Below are positions 8,973-18,699 of a stretch of DNA of 64,000 nt, one piece after another; the first letter of the stretch is position 1; the number at the start of each line of letters is the position of its first letter. The DNA is from a virus. Position numbers and translations under genes: made by a program. The stretch is from IMG/VR virus record IMGVR_UViG_3300027852_001277, one strand, 5' to 3'. Below the pieces are notes generated by a model. The model was not told the origin of the DNA. It made no database searches and saw nothing but the letters and a program-made list of their open reading frames with translations.

Positions 8973-9730
8973 CAAGAGTACAAGGTAGCTCATCTGTTAG
9001 TTGAGAATATGTGCCGGATTGTGTTGAAGCCGAATTGGTCAAAAAAACAAGCAGCAGGCTTCTCAACTCTATTTCGAATCCTCCTCAATAGGAAGCCCAA
9101 AAGAAATGTTAAGAGCCTACGAACCAAAAAATAGACTGAATAACAATTCTATACTTAGGCAGTAGTTGTTTAACGAAATGTCAACTAATGAAAGCAGACA
9201 ACCGACCACAAGTGGTTGAACAACCCGACTACAAACGGAAAAACAACGAACAACATGTGGGCGAGCGTGTTAAAACTGATCAAAACGTGGAAGAAAAGGT
9301 GGGTTCTTTTAAAGAAGCATGTAGAAGGCCGGCGATCAGGCCATAAACATATGAATTGGTTGTTGTATGTTGTTAGAGGTTGAGGTTTTTGGTACAAAAG
9401 GAACCAAAATGAACAAAGGGAAGGTGGTTTCATTTTAGAAGAGAATTGGGTAATTGAGGTTGTAACGAGACAAAAAATTGGTGGGGCCGAGAAATAAGCC
9501 ACGATTTTCCGACTTTTACTAACTTCCTAACGAGTTTCACCACCCTTCGGGCGAGTTTTACTATGTTTCACTAACCCAAAAACCAACAAAGGGCATTAAT
9601 TCCCCCACCGGCGGGATTGGTTTTCCTAAATGCTAGAATCATGCTAAAGGTATCTCTCTAGCATGAAGTTTATATAAAGAAAGGGGGAAGCAGCAATGTA
9701 GGAAAAACGGGTTGGATTCTTTTTAGAAAA

Positions 9731-9790
9731 AAATGAAGAGTCCTTTAGAAAAATGAAGAGTCCTTTAGAAAAATGAAGAGTCCTTTAGGA
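9731..9790. repeat. 20-bp tandem repeat x3
   Basis: AAATGAAGAGTCCTTTAGAA repeated head-to-tail, last copy with one mismatch. Confidence 0.95.
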
Positions 9791-9810
9791 AAAAAAACAA
9801 AAGGAAAACT

Positions 9811-10035
9811 ATGAAAATTATAATCAGAAAAGCAGATTTGGTTTCACTAAGGAAATTAATAGAAAAAGGGATGAGTTGTTATTCACCTATTAATAGGGAA
9901 GAGGCAAAAATGATAACTAAAGGTGCTAAGTTGCTTAGAAAGATTAGTGGATTTGAAAGAGAAGAAGAGAAAGAGATTAGGAATGGTAACCGAGATAGGA
10001 AGGCTAGGGGGGAAGGGTCATCTTTTCTTAATTGA
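9811..10035 (+). CDS. hypothetical protein (paralogue of 12672..12830)
   Basis: Near-identical first 48 codons. Confidence 0.6.
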   Translation: MKIIIRKADLVSLRKLIEKGMSCYSPINREEAKMITKGAKLLRKISGFEREEEKEIRNGNRDRKARGEGSSFLN

Positions 10036-10077
10036 ATGGTTATTTCTAGCAAACAACCGGCCACAAGGAGTCAGATA

Positions 10078-10323
10078 ATGTTAGTAGTAAACTTAAAAGC
10101 CAAAACAATTAAGATCCGGGGAACTCTTGAAGAGAATTTTCAGAGAATTGCAGATTTCTGGAAAGATAACCCTAGTTTGGTTAACTGGACTGGAGAGTTT
10201 AAGCTGCATAAAGTTTTTTGTCCCCTTCTAGGTCCTACAAAAGGCCGTAATTGGGATAAAACCAATTATGTTGTGAGAGATAGAGATTGGACAATAGTTA
10301 ATATAGACGAAGGAGTGAGATAA
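10078..10323 (+). CDS. hypothetical protein, tandem paralogue 1
   Basis: MLVVNLKAKTIKIRGTLEENF shared with the next ORF. Confidence 0.65.
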   Translation: MLVVNLKAKTIKIRGTLEENFQRIADFWKDNPSLVNWTGEFKLHKVFCPLLGPTKGRNWDKTNYVVRDRDWTIVNIDEGVR

Positions 10324-10577
10324 TGTTAGCAGTAAACTTAAAAGACAAAACAATTAAAATCAGGGGAACTCTTGAAGAGAATTTTCCAAGAATTTCAAAT
10401 TTCTGGAAGAATAATCCTAGTTTGGTTAACTGGGCAGAAGGGTTTAAGTTTAACAGGGTCGTCCTTTGTCCAATTGCAGGTCCTGCAGAAGGTGACAACT
10501 GGAAAAGATCTGGTTATACTGCAAATAAAAATTGGACAATAGTTAATATAGATGAAGAATTAGCCCAAAGTCATTAA
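10323..10577 (+). CDS. hypothetical protein, tandem paralogue 2
   Basis: MLAVNLKDKTIKIRGTLEENF. Confidence 0.65.
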   Translation: MLAVNLKDKTIKIRGTLEENFPRISNFWKNNPSLVNWAEGFKFNRVVLCPIAGPAEGDNWKRSGYTANKNWTIVNIDEELAQSH

Positions 10578-10611
10578 AAGATAATGAGTCAATGTAAGTA
10601 GGAGGAATGTT

Positions 10612-11151
10612 ATGCAACTAAGTAATATAGTAGGTAGGTTGAAGAGGAGAGGTCATATTCTTTTAGCTAAAGAGTTGGAAGGAATTAAAGTTCATGCTCG
10701 TATTCTGTCACCCAAGACTTTAGATAGCTTTATCAAGAAAAATTTTAAAGGTTTTTACAAAACCAGATTTTTGCATGGTGAATGTGGTGTGTTTGCTTTA
10801 GGTCTCTATGATTTCTTAAAAGAAAGAGGCTTGACTGCAGGAATATACCTTTTAGGGTATTCGACGAAAAATAAAAGCAAAAAGGTTAAAACTGTTAGGG
10901 TTAAAAAAGTAGCTCCAAGTCATTTTGCACACGTTCTTGTATCGTATAAAGGAAAATATTTTGACGTTAATGGTATTCAAAATGATCTGGAGGCTCTTGC
11001 TGAAAAGTATTCAGATTTTGATATAGGCTCTAATTCTTTAATTAGAGTAAAGAGGAATGTTCTCGTGCGAAACATGGGAGAATTGAAATCACTGCGGGAA
11101 CTTGATGAAAAAGCTTTGAAATATGTTAAGGATAAGCTAGGAAAATTTTAA
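10612..11151 (+). CDS. hypothetical protein with papain/transglutaminase-like Cys-His-Asp arrangement
   Basis: HGECGVFALGL...HVLV...YFDVNG. Confidence 0.5.
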   Translation: MQLSNIVGRLKRRGHILLAKELEGIKVHARILSPKTLDSFIKKNFKGFYKTRFLHGECGVFALGLYDFLKERGLTAGIYLLGYSTKNKSKKVKTVRVKKVAPSHFAHVLVSYKGKYFDVNGIQNDLEALAEKYSDFDIGSNSLIRVKRNVLVRNMGELKSLRELDEKALKYVKDKLGKF

Positions 11152-11195
11152 CAATGATTGCATAGAGTAGAACCTAAGAAAGCGAGGTAATCGCA

Positions 11196-11456
11196 ATGGA
11201 AGAGATCATAATATCACGAGTGAGAGGTTGTAGTGGTAGACCGTGCAGTGGGGCGCGATGGAAGAGGGGTGTTGGTTGGGTTAAGAAGTTCGAGAATCTA
11301 CTGGAACTTACTCAGTTCGTTCGGAAGGAAGGAGCAATTGTACTTAGTGTAGTTGATTGGGAAAAGTTTGTGACTGATGATAACATTAACGAGTATTGGA
11401 AATTTGCTGGAGGTGCTCAACTGAAGCTTGACATTTATAATACTTATATGGAATAA
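11196..11456 (+). CDS. hypothetical protein
   Basis: ORF with GAGG RBS. Confidence 0.55.
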   Translation: MEEIIISRVRGCSGRPCSGARWKRGVGWVKKFENLLELTQFVRKEGAIVLSVVDWEKFVTDDNINEYWKFAGGAQLKLDIYNTYME

Positions 11457-11475
11457 GCTGGAAGGAGATATCCTA

Positions 11476-12096
11476 ATGACAACAAATACAATAATAGCTG
11501 AAGATTTCGAGTCGTCATTTAAGGTAACTGGGACTTATATAGTAAGAAACGGAGTTTATGATGTTGAAGGCGACGTCCTTTTGATTAAGAAGGTGGAAAC
11601 TTTACCATTCAAGTTTGGTGTAGTTACTAGAAATTTTCGATGCAGTGACAACAACCTCGTATCTCTTGAAGGTGCCCCTGTTAAAGTAGGAGGAACTTTT
11701 GATTGTATGTTTAACAAGCTCGTCTCTCTTGAAGGTGCACCTAAAGAAGTAGGAGGAGGTTTTTGGTGCAGTGATAATAACCTAACTTCCCTTGAAGGTA
11801 CTCCTGTTAAAGTAGAAGGAGGTTTTGATTGTAGCTTTAATAAGCTTATCTCTGTTAAAGGTGCTCCCAAAGAAGTAGTAAGAACTTTTTGGTGTCACAA
11901 CAATGAGCTTGTATCTCTCAAAGGTGCACCTGTTAAAGTAGGAGGAAGTTTTGATTGTAGCTTTAATAAGCTCATCTCCCTTGAATATGCTCCTAAAGAA
12001 GTAGAAAGAGATTTTTGGTGTAATGATAATGTAAAATTGTTTATTAAGGAAGAAGTAGAAGCAGTATCTAATGTTGGGAGAAGCATTTATGTTTGA
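11476..12096 (+). CDS. LRR-solenoid protein #1 (6 x 21-aa units, N- and C-cap)
   Basis: 63-nt periodic units LxSLxGAPxxVGGxFxCxxNx; ATG at 11476 after AGGAGA. Confidence 0.9.
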   Translation: MTTNTIIAEDFESSFKVTGTYIVRNGVYDVEGDVLLIKKVETLPFKFGVVTRNFRCSDNNLVSLEGAPVKVGGTFDCMFNKLVSLEGAPKEVGGGFWCSDNNLTSLEGTPVKVEGGFDCSFNKLISVKGAPKEVVRTFWCHNNELVSLKGAPVKVGGSFDCSFNKLISLEYAPKEVERDFWCNDNVKLFIKEEVEAVSNVGRSIYV

Positions 12097-12143
12097 AGAC
12101 TAACTAGGAGAAGTTTAACGTCAGTAAAAAGGAGTCAAAGCTA

Positions 12144-12656
12144 ATGTTTAAAATTTTTGTTGATATGGATGGAGTGCTCACTGACTTTATGGGAGGTGTT
12201 CAAAAACTTTACAAGAAAAATCTGGATGTAAGAAAATTGATAGAGGAAGAAGAGGTCAAGCTTTGGGATGCTATTAATTCAGAGGGAATGGCATTCTGGT
12301 CCGGTCTTAGTTGGATGAGGGACGGAAAGAAGTTGTGGAATCACGTAAAAAAGTACAGACCAATCTTGTTGACAGCATTACCAGAAAAAAGTATATGTGA
12401 AAAAAGTGTGCATGTAGAAAAAGGTAAACTTGAATGGGTAAAAAGAGAACTTGGGGAAGTTGCTACTATTATGTGTAGGAGGGAAGAGAAGAAATGCTTT
12501 GCAGGTCCGTCTCATATTTTAATAGACGACGATTTTAGGAATATTAGAGAGTGGAAAGCGGAAAATGGTATAGCAATTTGGCATAACAATAGTAATACGA
12601 CCATTGTGGAACTGGAACTGGGGTTGATGGAACTAGAATTGAAGTTAATAAATTAA
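12144..12656 (+). CDS. 5'(3')-deoxyribonucleotidase, HAD family
   Basis: IFVDMDGVLTDF and LIDD motifs. Confidence 0.85.
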   Translation: MFKIFVDMDGVLTDFMGGVQKLYKKNLDVRKLIEEEEVKLWDAINSEGMAFWSGLSWMRDGKKLWNHVKKYRPILLTALPEKSICEKSVHVEKGKLEWVKRELGEVATIMCRREEKKCFAGPSHILIDDDFRNIREWKAENGIAIWHNNSNTTIVELELGLMELELKLIN

Positions 12657-12671
12657 AAATAAAGGAAAATT

Positions 12672-12830
12672 ATGAAAATTATAATCGCAAAATCAGATTT
12701 AGTTCCACTAAGGGAATTAATAGAGAAAGGGATGAGTTGTTACTCGCCAATTAATAGGGAGGAAACAAAAATGATAACTAAAGGTGCTAAGTTGCTTAAG
12801 AAAATTAATTGGTTTATAAGAAAAGGATAA
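12672..12830 (+). CDS. small protein, paralogue of 9811..10035
   Basis: MKIIIAKSDLVPLRELIEKGMSCYSPINREE. Confidence 0.55.
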   Translation: MKIIIAKSDLVPLRELIEKGMSCYSPINREETKMITKGAKLLKKINWFIRKG

Positions 12831-12854
12831 CAAATTAATAGGAGGTAATTGAAA

Positions 12855-13178
12855 ATGACGCCTAGAGAGAAATACCACAACGACAATCATTACTGTAAGT
12901 TGGTTGATATGATGGTTGCACATATAGAATCCTGTAATTACACACCATCAGAAATGAGAGAAGCGGCTATTTTAGCTTCCATTTTATATGAAGAACATCA
13001 TATGAGATCTTTTACTATAAATACTCCCTACCCTGTAGGTGTTATTTCTGCATTAAAAACTATTCATGAGTATGTTACAGATGAAACTTTAAGCAAGGAA
13101 AAGAATGTCGCCCAAAAGGAACTAAAATTTTCAGTTCAAAAGCTCGAAGAACCTTGTGTAGTAAAAGGGCGCGCCTAA
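12855..13178 (+). CDS. hypothetical protein
   Basis: ORF with GGAGG RBS; 3' end overlaps an LRR remnant. Confidence 0.6.
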   Translation: MTPREKYHNDNHYCKLVDMMVAHIESCNYTPSEMREAAILASILYEEHHMRSFTINTPYPVGVISALKTIHEYVTDETLSKEKNVAQKELKFSVQKLEEPCVVKGRA

Positions 13179-13299
13179 AGAAGTAGGATGGGATTTTTGG
13201 TGTGGTGGTAATCCAAAATCGTTTACTATAGAGGAAGTAAAAGCAGTATCTAGAGTTGGGAAAAATATTATACTTGAAATAGATAAATACAAAGTATGA
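13165..13299 (+). pseudogene. LRR remnant (partial unit plus C-cap, no start)
   Basis: KGAPKEVGWDFWCGGNPKSFTIEEVKAVSRVGKNII, immediately preceded in frame by TAA. Confidence 0.85.
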
Positions 13300-13334
13300 G
13301 TAAGTTTTATATAAATTAATAAAAGGAAAAGTGT

Positions 13335-13517
13335 ATGGATACAAAAGAGTTTTGGGGGACCAAGAAAAGATGGACTGGAGTAGATTGCACAAAGCAAGCT
13401 TTTATAGCTAGTAAACAAATGTTGGAAGAGCGAAAGACGCTGCTGGAAGCGCAAAAGAAAGGTGAGATTGACATTGAATGGTTGCAAGACAATGCTTTTA
13501 TCACTCCGAAGATATAG
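13335..13517 (+). CDS. hypothetical protein
   Basis: ORF with AAGGA RBS. Confidence 0.5.
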   Translation: MDTKEFWGTKKRWTGVDCTKQAFIASKQMLEERKTLLEAQKKGEIDIEWLQDNAFITPKI

Positions 13518-13533
13518 TAAATGGAGGAAAAGT

Positions 13534-13791
13534 ATGGAAAAGAATATGTTAAAGATTCTAAAAGACTTACAATCTGAAAATGAATATTTTCGTAGGCAAT
13601 TATCCGCCATAAATACTCCACAAAAACTTGCGAGATATTCATTGTTTTTTTGCTTTTTGGCTTTCTTGTCTTTAAGTTTTACAAAATTCTTGGGTATAGA
13701 CTTGTTACATCCAATCTTGGCTTACTTTGTTTTCGGGATAAGTACTGTCTTTTACCTGATGGCGTTTATTATGAAGAGACAAGGCAAATGA
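13534..13791 (+). CDS. small membrane protein
   Basis: ATG at 13534 after GGAGG; two hydrophobic helices. Confidence 0.55.
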   Translation: MEKNMLKILKDLQSENEYFRRQLSAINTPQKLARYSLFFCFLAFLSLSFTKFLGIDLLHPILAYFVFGISTVFYLMAFIMKRQGK

Positions 13792-13830
13792 ACAAAATTA
13801 TTTATTATCAGAACAAAAAAGGAAAAACTT

Positions 13831-14856
13831 ATGGATGAAAAAAAGCTTAAAAAAGAAATGAAAGATCTTTTTGTACGTTTCGATTTAGATAACGACGTTA
13901 AATATGATGGGATACAATGGGGTATGGGGCAGAATCCATTTTTCGCATTTACTGATTTAGGGACTGGTAGTTCGTTCCTTATGCCGTATATAGACTGTAC
14001 TAGAAAAAATTATAGAAAGATAGTGAAGGATATAAAAGAGAAAATAAATAACATTAGGAAAAAGTTCGGATTAAAGAATATATTATCTAAGTTGGAGAGG
14101 CGAAATGAATTTGTTTTAGCAGCAATGCTTAGGGAAGCTTATGGCATCGAAAGTCGAACTGGTGCTCGGACTATGTCATTTAAGAAACCTGTATTAGCGA
14201 AACTCGTAACCGATAGAGGTATTGTGACCGCACTCTTGGGAAAGGATCCTTCTCCTTTATTCAAGACTAAATATATTACAATAGATCCTAAGAAGTTGCG
14301 GACTCTTTGGTATGAAAATGAGGGTGGAAAGAAATGGGATAGTCCTCCTGACATTTTTAAGGAACCACCAGATGGCTTCATCTATCAGCATAGCACCTTC
14401 CCTAATGTAATAAGGCATAATGTATTGCGTATTGTACAAAGGAGTGAGGTTGATAAATGTAATCATCCTTCCCAGTACATTGTAAAAACTGGAGGTTGGA
14501 TTGATGGAGTTAAAGGTAGAGAGTGTACGAAGTGTCGAGGTACTCAGGTTGTTGAAGAGAAAGACTATCCTGGAGATAAGTGGCCGGATAAGTGGGATGC
14601 TGAAGGTAGTAGGGATTTTATGACTATGGAAAGTTCTTGGCAGGAAGATTTAGTTTTGGCTATAGCAAATAGCGGAAACTTTACGTTGGGCGAGGCTATT
14701 CTGATAACTTCGAGTGCTTGTGAAAGATGTATGAACGCTCTTGCTAACTACTATGGGCTATCTTGGGGGTATGCAGAAGGTTCGAAGGAATGGGGGAAGT
14801 CTAATACTAAATGTGACTTTTGTAGCAAATCTAAAAAAAATAATGTGAGGAAATAA
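13831..14856 (+). CDS. hypothetical protein with several CxxC motifs
   Basis: CTKC, CERC, CDFC. Confidence 0.75.
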   Translation: MDEKKLKKEMKDLFVRFDLDNDVKYDGIQWGMGQNPFFAFTDLGTGSSFLMPYIDCTRKNYRKIVKDIKEKINNIRKKFGLKNILSKLERRNEFVLAAMLREAYGIESRTGARTMSFKKPVLAKLVTDRGIVTALLGKDPSPLFKTKYITIDPKKLRTLWYENEGGKKWDSPPDIFKEPPDGFIYQHSTFPNVIRHNVLRIVQRSEVDKCNHPSQYIVKTGGWIDGVKGRECTKCRGTQVVEEKDYPGDKWPDKWDAEGSRDFMTMESSWQEDLVLAIANSGNFTLGEAILITSSACERCMNALANYYGLSWGYAEGSKEWGKSNTKCDFCSKSKKNNVRK

Positions 14857-14860
14857 CATA

Positions 14861-15610
14861 ATGACAACAATAGAATGCAGTAATGAAAATGATTTTGAAA
14901 GTTGCTTTAAGATAAAAGGGACTTACACAGTAAGAGACGGAGTTTATGATGTTGATGGTAATATCCTTCTGATTAAGAAGGTGGAAACTTTACCGTTTAA
15001 ATTTGGTATAGTTACTGGGAATTTTCTGTGTAACGACAACAAGCTCCGTTCTCTTGAAGGCGTTCCTACTAAAGTAGGAGGAAATTTTGATTGTTGTAGA
15101 AATAACCTAACTTCTTTAGAAGGTGTTCCTGTTAAAGTAGGGAAAAATTTTTGGTGTAACGATAACAAGCTTACCACCCTGAAAGGCGCCCCTGAAGAAA
15201 TAGAAGGAATTTTTAATTGTAGGTTTAACAAACTTACCTCTCTCGAAGGTGCTCCTGTCAAAATAGGAGAAGATTTTTTATGTATGTTTAATAACCTTCA
15301 CTCCCTTGAAGGTGCTCCTAAAGAAGTAGGAACAGGTTTTTGGTGTTGCTGTAACAACCTCACCTCCCTCAAAGGTGCTCCCCTTAAAGTAGGTGGAGAT
15401 TTTGATTGTGGTGATAATGAACTTGCCTCCCTTGAAGGTGCTCCTGAAGAAATAGGAGGAACTTTTTGGTGCAATAGAAACAAGCTTCGATCTCTTAAAG
15501 GTGCGCCTAAAGAAGTAGGAGGAGATTTTTTGTGTAACAATAATGAAAAATTGTTTACTATAGAGGAAGTAAAAGCAGTATCCAAAGTTGGAAAAGGGTA
15601 TTTATGTTGA
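14861..15610 (+). CDS. LRR-solenoid protein #2 (8 units)
   Basis: Same N-cap, 21-aa units and C-cap. Confidence 0.9.
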   Translation: MTTIECSNENDFESCFKIKGTYTVRDGVYDVDGNILLIKKVETLPFKFGIVTGNFLCNDNKLRSLEGVPTKVGGNFDCCRNNLTSLEGVPVKVGKNFWCNDNKLTTLKGAPEEIEGIFNCRFNKLTSLEGAPVKIGEDFLCMFNNLHSLEGAPKEVGTGFWCCCNNLTSLKGAPLKVGGDFDCGDNELASLEGAPEEIGGTFWCNRNKLRSLKGAPKEVGGDFLCNNNEKLFTIEEVKAVSKVGKGYLC

Positions 15611-15634
15611 AGACTAAATAGGAGAAATAACATA

Positions 15635-15808
15635 ATGACAATTATGCGAAGACTTCAGAATAGCATTTGGACAAGATGGATTTGGAGCTGTTGGCAACAT
15701 GAAGAGACTGGTATGGTTTGTATGTTGCCCTTTTAGAAATCACCAGGACGGCGTTGGTATAAATATTGCTGTGAAAGTATAAGGAAGGTAAAGAATGAAA
15801 ATCATTAA
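15635..15808 (+). pseudogene. small Trp-rich ORF interrupted by in-frame TAG at 15734
   Basis: Strong RBS; frame continues past the TAG and overlaps the next start. Confidence 0.4.
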
Positions 15809-16244
15809 ACAGCCTAATACATATTCATGTATTGCTTGTGTAGCTGCCATGATCGCCGGCGAGGAACTTAAAGACGTTATTGATTTTGTAGGTCATGATG
15901 GTTCAGACTTCGATTCATGTACTGCCCATCCATTCCACTATACTGGTTTTTATTTAGAAGAGATCATGCTTTACCTCTTAGACAGAGGTTATTCGCTTGG
16001 TACATTTCTTATTTTAAATTCTGATTTTAACGATTTTGAAACTAAAGATAGTATTAATTTTATTATTAAAATCCAAAACCCAGCAATGCTTACAGTTAAG
16101 AGTAAGGTATTCCCTGAACATACAAAACATGTTGTTTACTGGAATGGCGAACACGTGCTAGACCCAAATCCTAGTATTAGTGGAGTAAAAAAGTTAAATT
16201 ATTACGACATATTAGAATGGTGGCCTATACTTAGAATAGTTTAG
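15795..16244 (+). CDS. peptidase C39-like cysteine protease domain
   Basis: IKQPNTYSCIACVAAM...HVVYW...VLDP. Confidence 0.7.
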   Translation: MKIIKQPNTYSCIACVAAMIAGEELKDVIDFVGHDGSDFDSCTAHPFHYTGFYLEEIMLYLLDRGYSLGTFLILNSDFNDFETKDSINFIIKIQNPAMLTVKSKVFPEHTKHVVYWNGEHVLDPNPSISGVKKLNYYDILEWWPILRIV

Positions 16245-16426
16245 CTGTCTTGCGGTGGCTTTTGGCTATCAGAGTCAAGTGGCTTGTTAGTTTTCGGTTT
16301 AGCATCTATTTCATTTATGCACTCTTGAGCGAGATTTATGGCTGCTTGATAGTTACCATTCTTAATACCAACAATTACATATCCTAAAACTTGTTTCATC
16401 GTTAATTGTATTTTCGCCATTAACAT
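16241..16426 (-). CDS. hypothetical protein
   Basis: RBS GAAAGGA on -; isolated reverse-oriented gene. Confidence 0.5.
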   Translation of the reverse strand: MLMAKIQLTMKQVLGYVIVGIKNGNYQAAINLAQECINEIDAKPKTNKPLDSDSQKPPQDS

Positions 16427-16448
16427 ATCCTTTCTACTAGAGGTTATT

Positions 16449-16694
16449 ATGATGAAAAAATATATTGTTTATCCTGGTTATGTTGTCTCTCGCAGAGACA
16501 GAGATAGTCACTATATCACATCGGAGCAATTGATGCGGTTACATGGTGTCAGTCCACGTGATTGCATCATTGTGCGAATAGAAGAAGATTACCGCAGATT
16601 AAAAGTGGTGGACACATCGAAAATGATCGCGCTGTATCCGAGAAGTGATGGTAACTATAAATCATATTTGGAGTGCGCACATTCTCCAAAATAA
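16449..16694 (+). CDS. hypothetical phage protein
   Basis: Last + strand gene before the strand switch. Confidence 0.6.
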   Translation: MMKKYIVYPGYVVSRRDRDSHYITSEQLMRLHGVSPRDCIIVRIEEDYRRLKVVDTSKMIALYPRSDGNYKSYLECAHSPK

Positions 16695-16768
16695 CTTTCG
16701 TGATGTTGCTAGTGCTAATCCCAGAATGAAGGCAGCACTAGCAACATCCAAAATACTTCGCGTTTCTT

Positions 16769-17215
16769 TTAATCTCCAACCTCTTCTTTTTCAGGAATGG
16801 GTTTTTCATTTACTCTCCGACTTTCAACCTCTTGTTCGGGAATTGGTTGTTCATGTACTTTCCAAAATGAAGACTGGTAGTCCCCCTCTCTAATAATCCT
16901 TTTAGGTGGTAGAGGTTGTAAGAGAGGAAGTAGCGGTGGAGGAAGCTGGTCGTTTTCTTTTTTACCATATTCCATAATGTTTTTCATCACTTCATCTTTT
17001 GCAGTATCTGAATCGTATTTCTCTAAGTGAGACTGGATAACATTAGCCATCGCTCTAACAATTTCCATATGTGGCAATACAGTATGAATGTGACCATCCT
17101 TAAATTGAATTGCTATCATTATATCAGCAGGCTCCCTTCGTACAACATCCGTATTACTTTTCAAAAGTGATGCTTCCTTTGTTATCATTTCTACAAGCTT
17201 CTGTATGTTTTCCAT
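16769..17215 (-). CDS. hypothetical protein (paralogue of 57534..57965)
   Basis: Shared PxDIMIxIQFxDGHxHxVLPH motif. Confidence 0.7.
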   Translation of the reverse strand: MENIQKLVEMITKEASLLKSNTDVVRREPADIMIAIQFKDGHIHTVLPHMEIVRAMANVIQSHLEKYDSDTAKDEVMKNIMEYGKKENDQLPPPLLPLLQPLPPKRIIREGDYQSSFWKVHEQPIPEQEVESRRVNEKPIPEKEEVGD

Positions 17216-17228
17216 TATAACTTTCCTC

Positions 17229-17735
17229 CTATTTTAAAATTGAAATTATAAAACTAGGTATACTAACCTTCTCATAGATAATCCCGACTTCTTTAAAAAG
17301 CTTTTTATATTCAATGTCTTTATAGTCAATAGCATAGACAAACTTTGATATTTTTGAGCCAGCTACCATTTTGGCACAAATTACACAAGGAGTATGTGTG
17401 CAATAAATAGTAGCTCCCTTTATGCTGATTCCATGGAGAGACGCTTGTAGTATAGCATTCTCCTCACCGTGCAAGGCTCTACATATTTCGTGTCTCTCAC
17501 CAGAAGGTATATTAAGTTCATTTCTTAAACAACCAAGTTCGAGACAATCTTTCGTATCGGAAGGCGCGCCATTATAACCTGTAGTAAGTATTCTGTGATC
17601 CCTTACAGCTATCGCCCCAACATGATGGCGTTTACAAGTAGATCGTTCAGCTACAAGAAATGCTATCTTCATAAAATACTGATCCCAAGATAATCTAGTG
17701 TAACCTTTTGTGTTTCCTTCAGTTGTTAACTTCAT
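17229..17735 (-). CDS. dCMP deaminase (ComEB-like)
   Basis: WDQYFM, STC, TTGYNG, HGEEN, PCVIC; ATG at 17735 after GGAGGA. Confidence 0.9.
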   Translation of the reverse strand: MKLTTEGNTKGYTRLSWDQYFMKIAFLVAERSTCKRHHVGAIAVRDHRILTTGYNGAPSDTKDCLELGCLRNELNIPSGERHEICRALHGEENAILQASLHGISIKGATIYCTHTPCVICAKMVAGSKISKFVYAIDYKDIEYKKLFKEVGIIYEKVSIPSFIISILK

Positions 17736-18001
17736 AGTAATCCTCCAATAAGACAAATAACAAGGTAAATAGAAAGAATTATAACAACAGCCATTCCAAT
17801 GCTTGCCATAATATCTTCTGTTCTCCATTTAGCTTTAAATCAGGAACAGTCATTGTTTTTATTTATTGATTCTTTCCCTTCTTTGAAAAATTTACATTCA
17901 CTACAATAAACCTTTCTCTTTTTCTCAAAACCTTTCTCTACTAGCACATCTACATCTCTCTGGTATGGGTCAGGTATTACCATAATCGTTTCTCCCATAG
18001 T

Positions 18002-18412
18002 TTAAAACTGGTAATTTTGATAATTTGTTCCCGAAGAAATATGGTTTCTTGCTCCTTCCAACATTGCTTGAACAAGCCCTCCAAACATAGAAGCTATCAT
18101 ATCTGGACTAATTTCTTTGATTAAGTCAATCACTGCTTTACCTGCTTTTTCCCTCCCATCTATTCCGTATTGTTTTTGCCATTCCGCACCATTCAGAAAA
18201 TCTGAAATTTCCCTGATTAACCTTTCTTTAGCAAAATTCTTTACTATTTTTTGAATGTCATTTTCCTTAAACTCTTCAAGAATTTGTTTTATCATCGAAT
18301 CCCACATTTCATCTGGGATTACTTCAATCATCTGTCTTTTCATCTTTTCTTTCAGCAATTCTTTCAGATCGTTATCTAACAACTGCTTCTTTGCTGCAAT
18401 TTCTTCATTCAT
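18002..18412 (-). CDS. hypothetical protein
   Basis: ORF track; GAGG RBS. Confidence 0.6.
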   Translation of the reverse strand: MNEEIAAKKQLLDNDLKELLKEKMKRQMIEVIPDEMWDSMIKQILEEFKENDIQKIVKNFAKERLIREISDFLNGAEWQKQYGIDGREKAGKAVIDLIKEISPDMIASMFGGLVQAMLEGARNHISSGTNYQNYQF

Positions 18413-18662
18413 AATCTATTACCTCTTCATTTTCATTAATCGGATAGCTCTTTAGTTTGTATGACGACTCAGAATGTAAAGCACATCCAAATTTGTCTGG
18501 ATTGTTAATAATTAATATTGCATATTGACCACCTTCGTCATCGTAAGCAGTCACATCTTCACCAAGGTCACAATTAGCTATTTTAGTACAATAAGGTCTT
18601 TCTTCATTAGTCAACTCTGTTATACCTAAGAAACAACATGTATTACATTTTTTATATGTCAT
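18405..18662 (-). CDS. small Cys-rich hypothetical protein
   Basis: CNTC...C...C...C. Confidence 0.5.
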   Translation of the reverse strand: MTYKKCNTCCFLGITELTNEERPYCTKIANCDLGEDVTAYDDEGGQYAILIINNPDKFGCALHSESSYKLKSYPINENEEVIDYE

Positions 18663-18699
18663 CACGTTTTCCTTTCTTAGTAAAAAACACAATTGTTAG

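Noticed and set aside
9188-9346. 52-aa ORF in the skewed tract, and antisense ORF 9185..9502
   Set aside because: No clear RBS, and the composition mirrors the low-complexity DNA.
9731-9790. CRISPR array
   Set aside because: Repeats are contiguous with no spacers; no cas genes. Elements A and B are kilobases apart and are not arrays either.
17736-17828. N-terminal extension of the dCMP deaminase in the ORF track
   Set aside because: A strong GGAGGA RBS precedes ATG 17735, and the extension is not deaminase-like.
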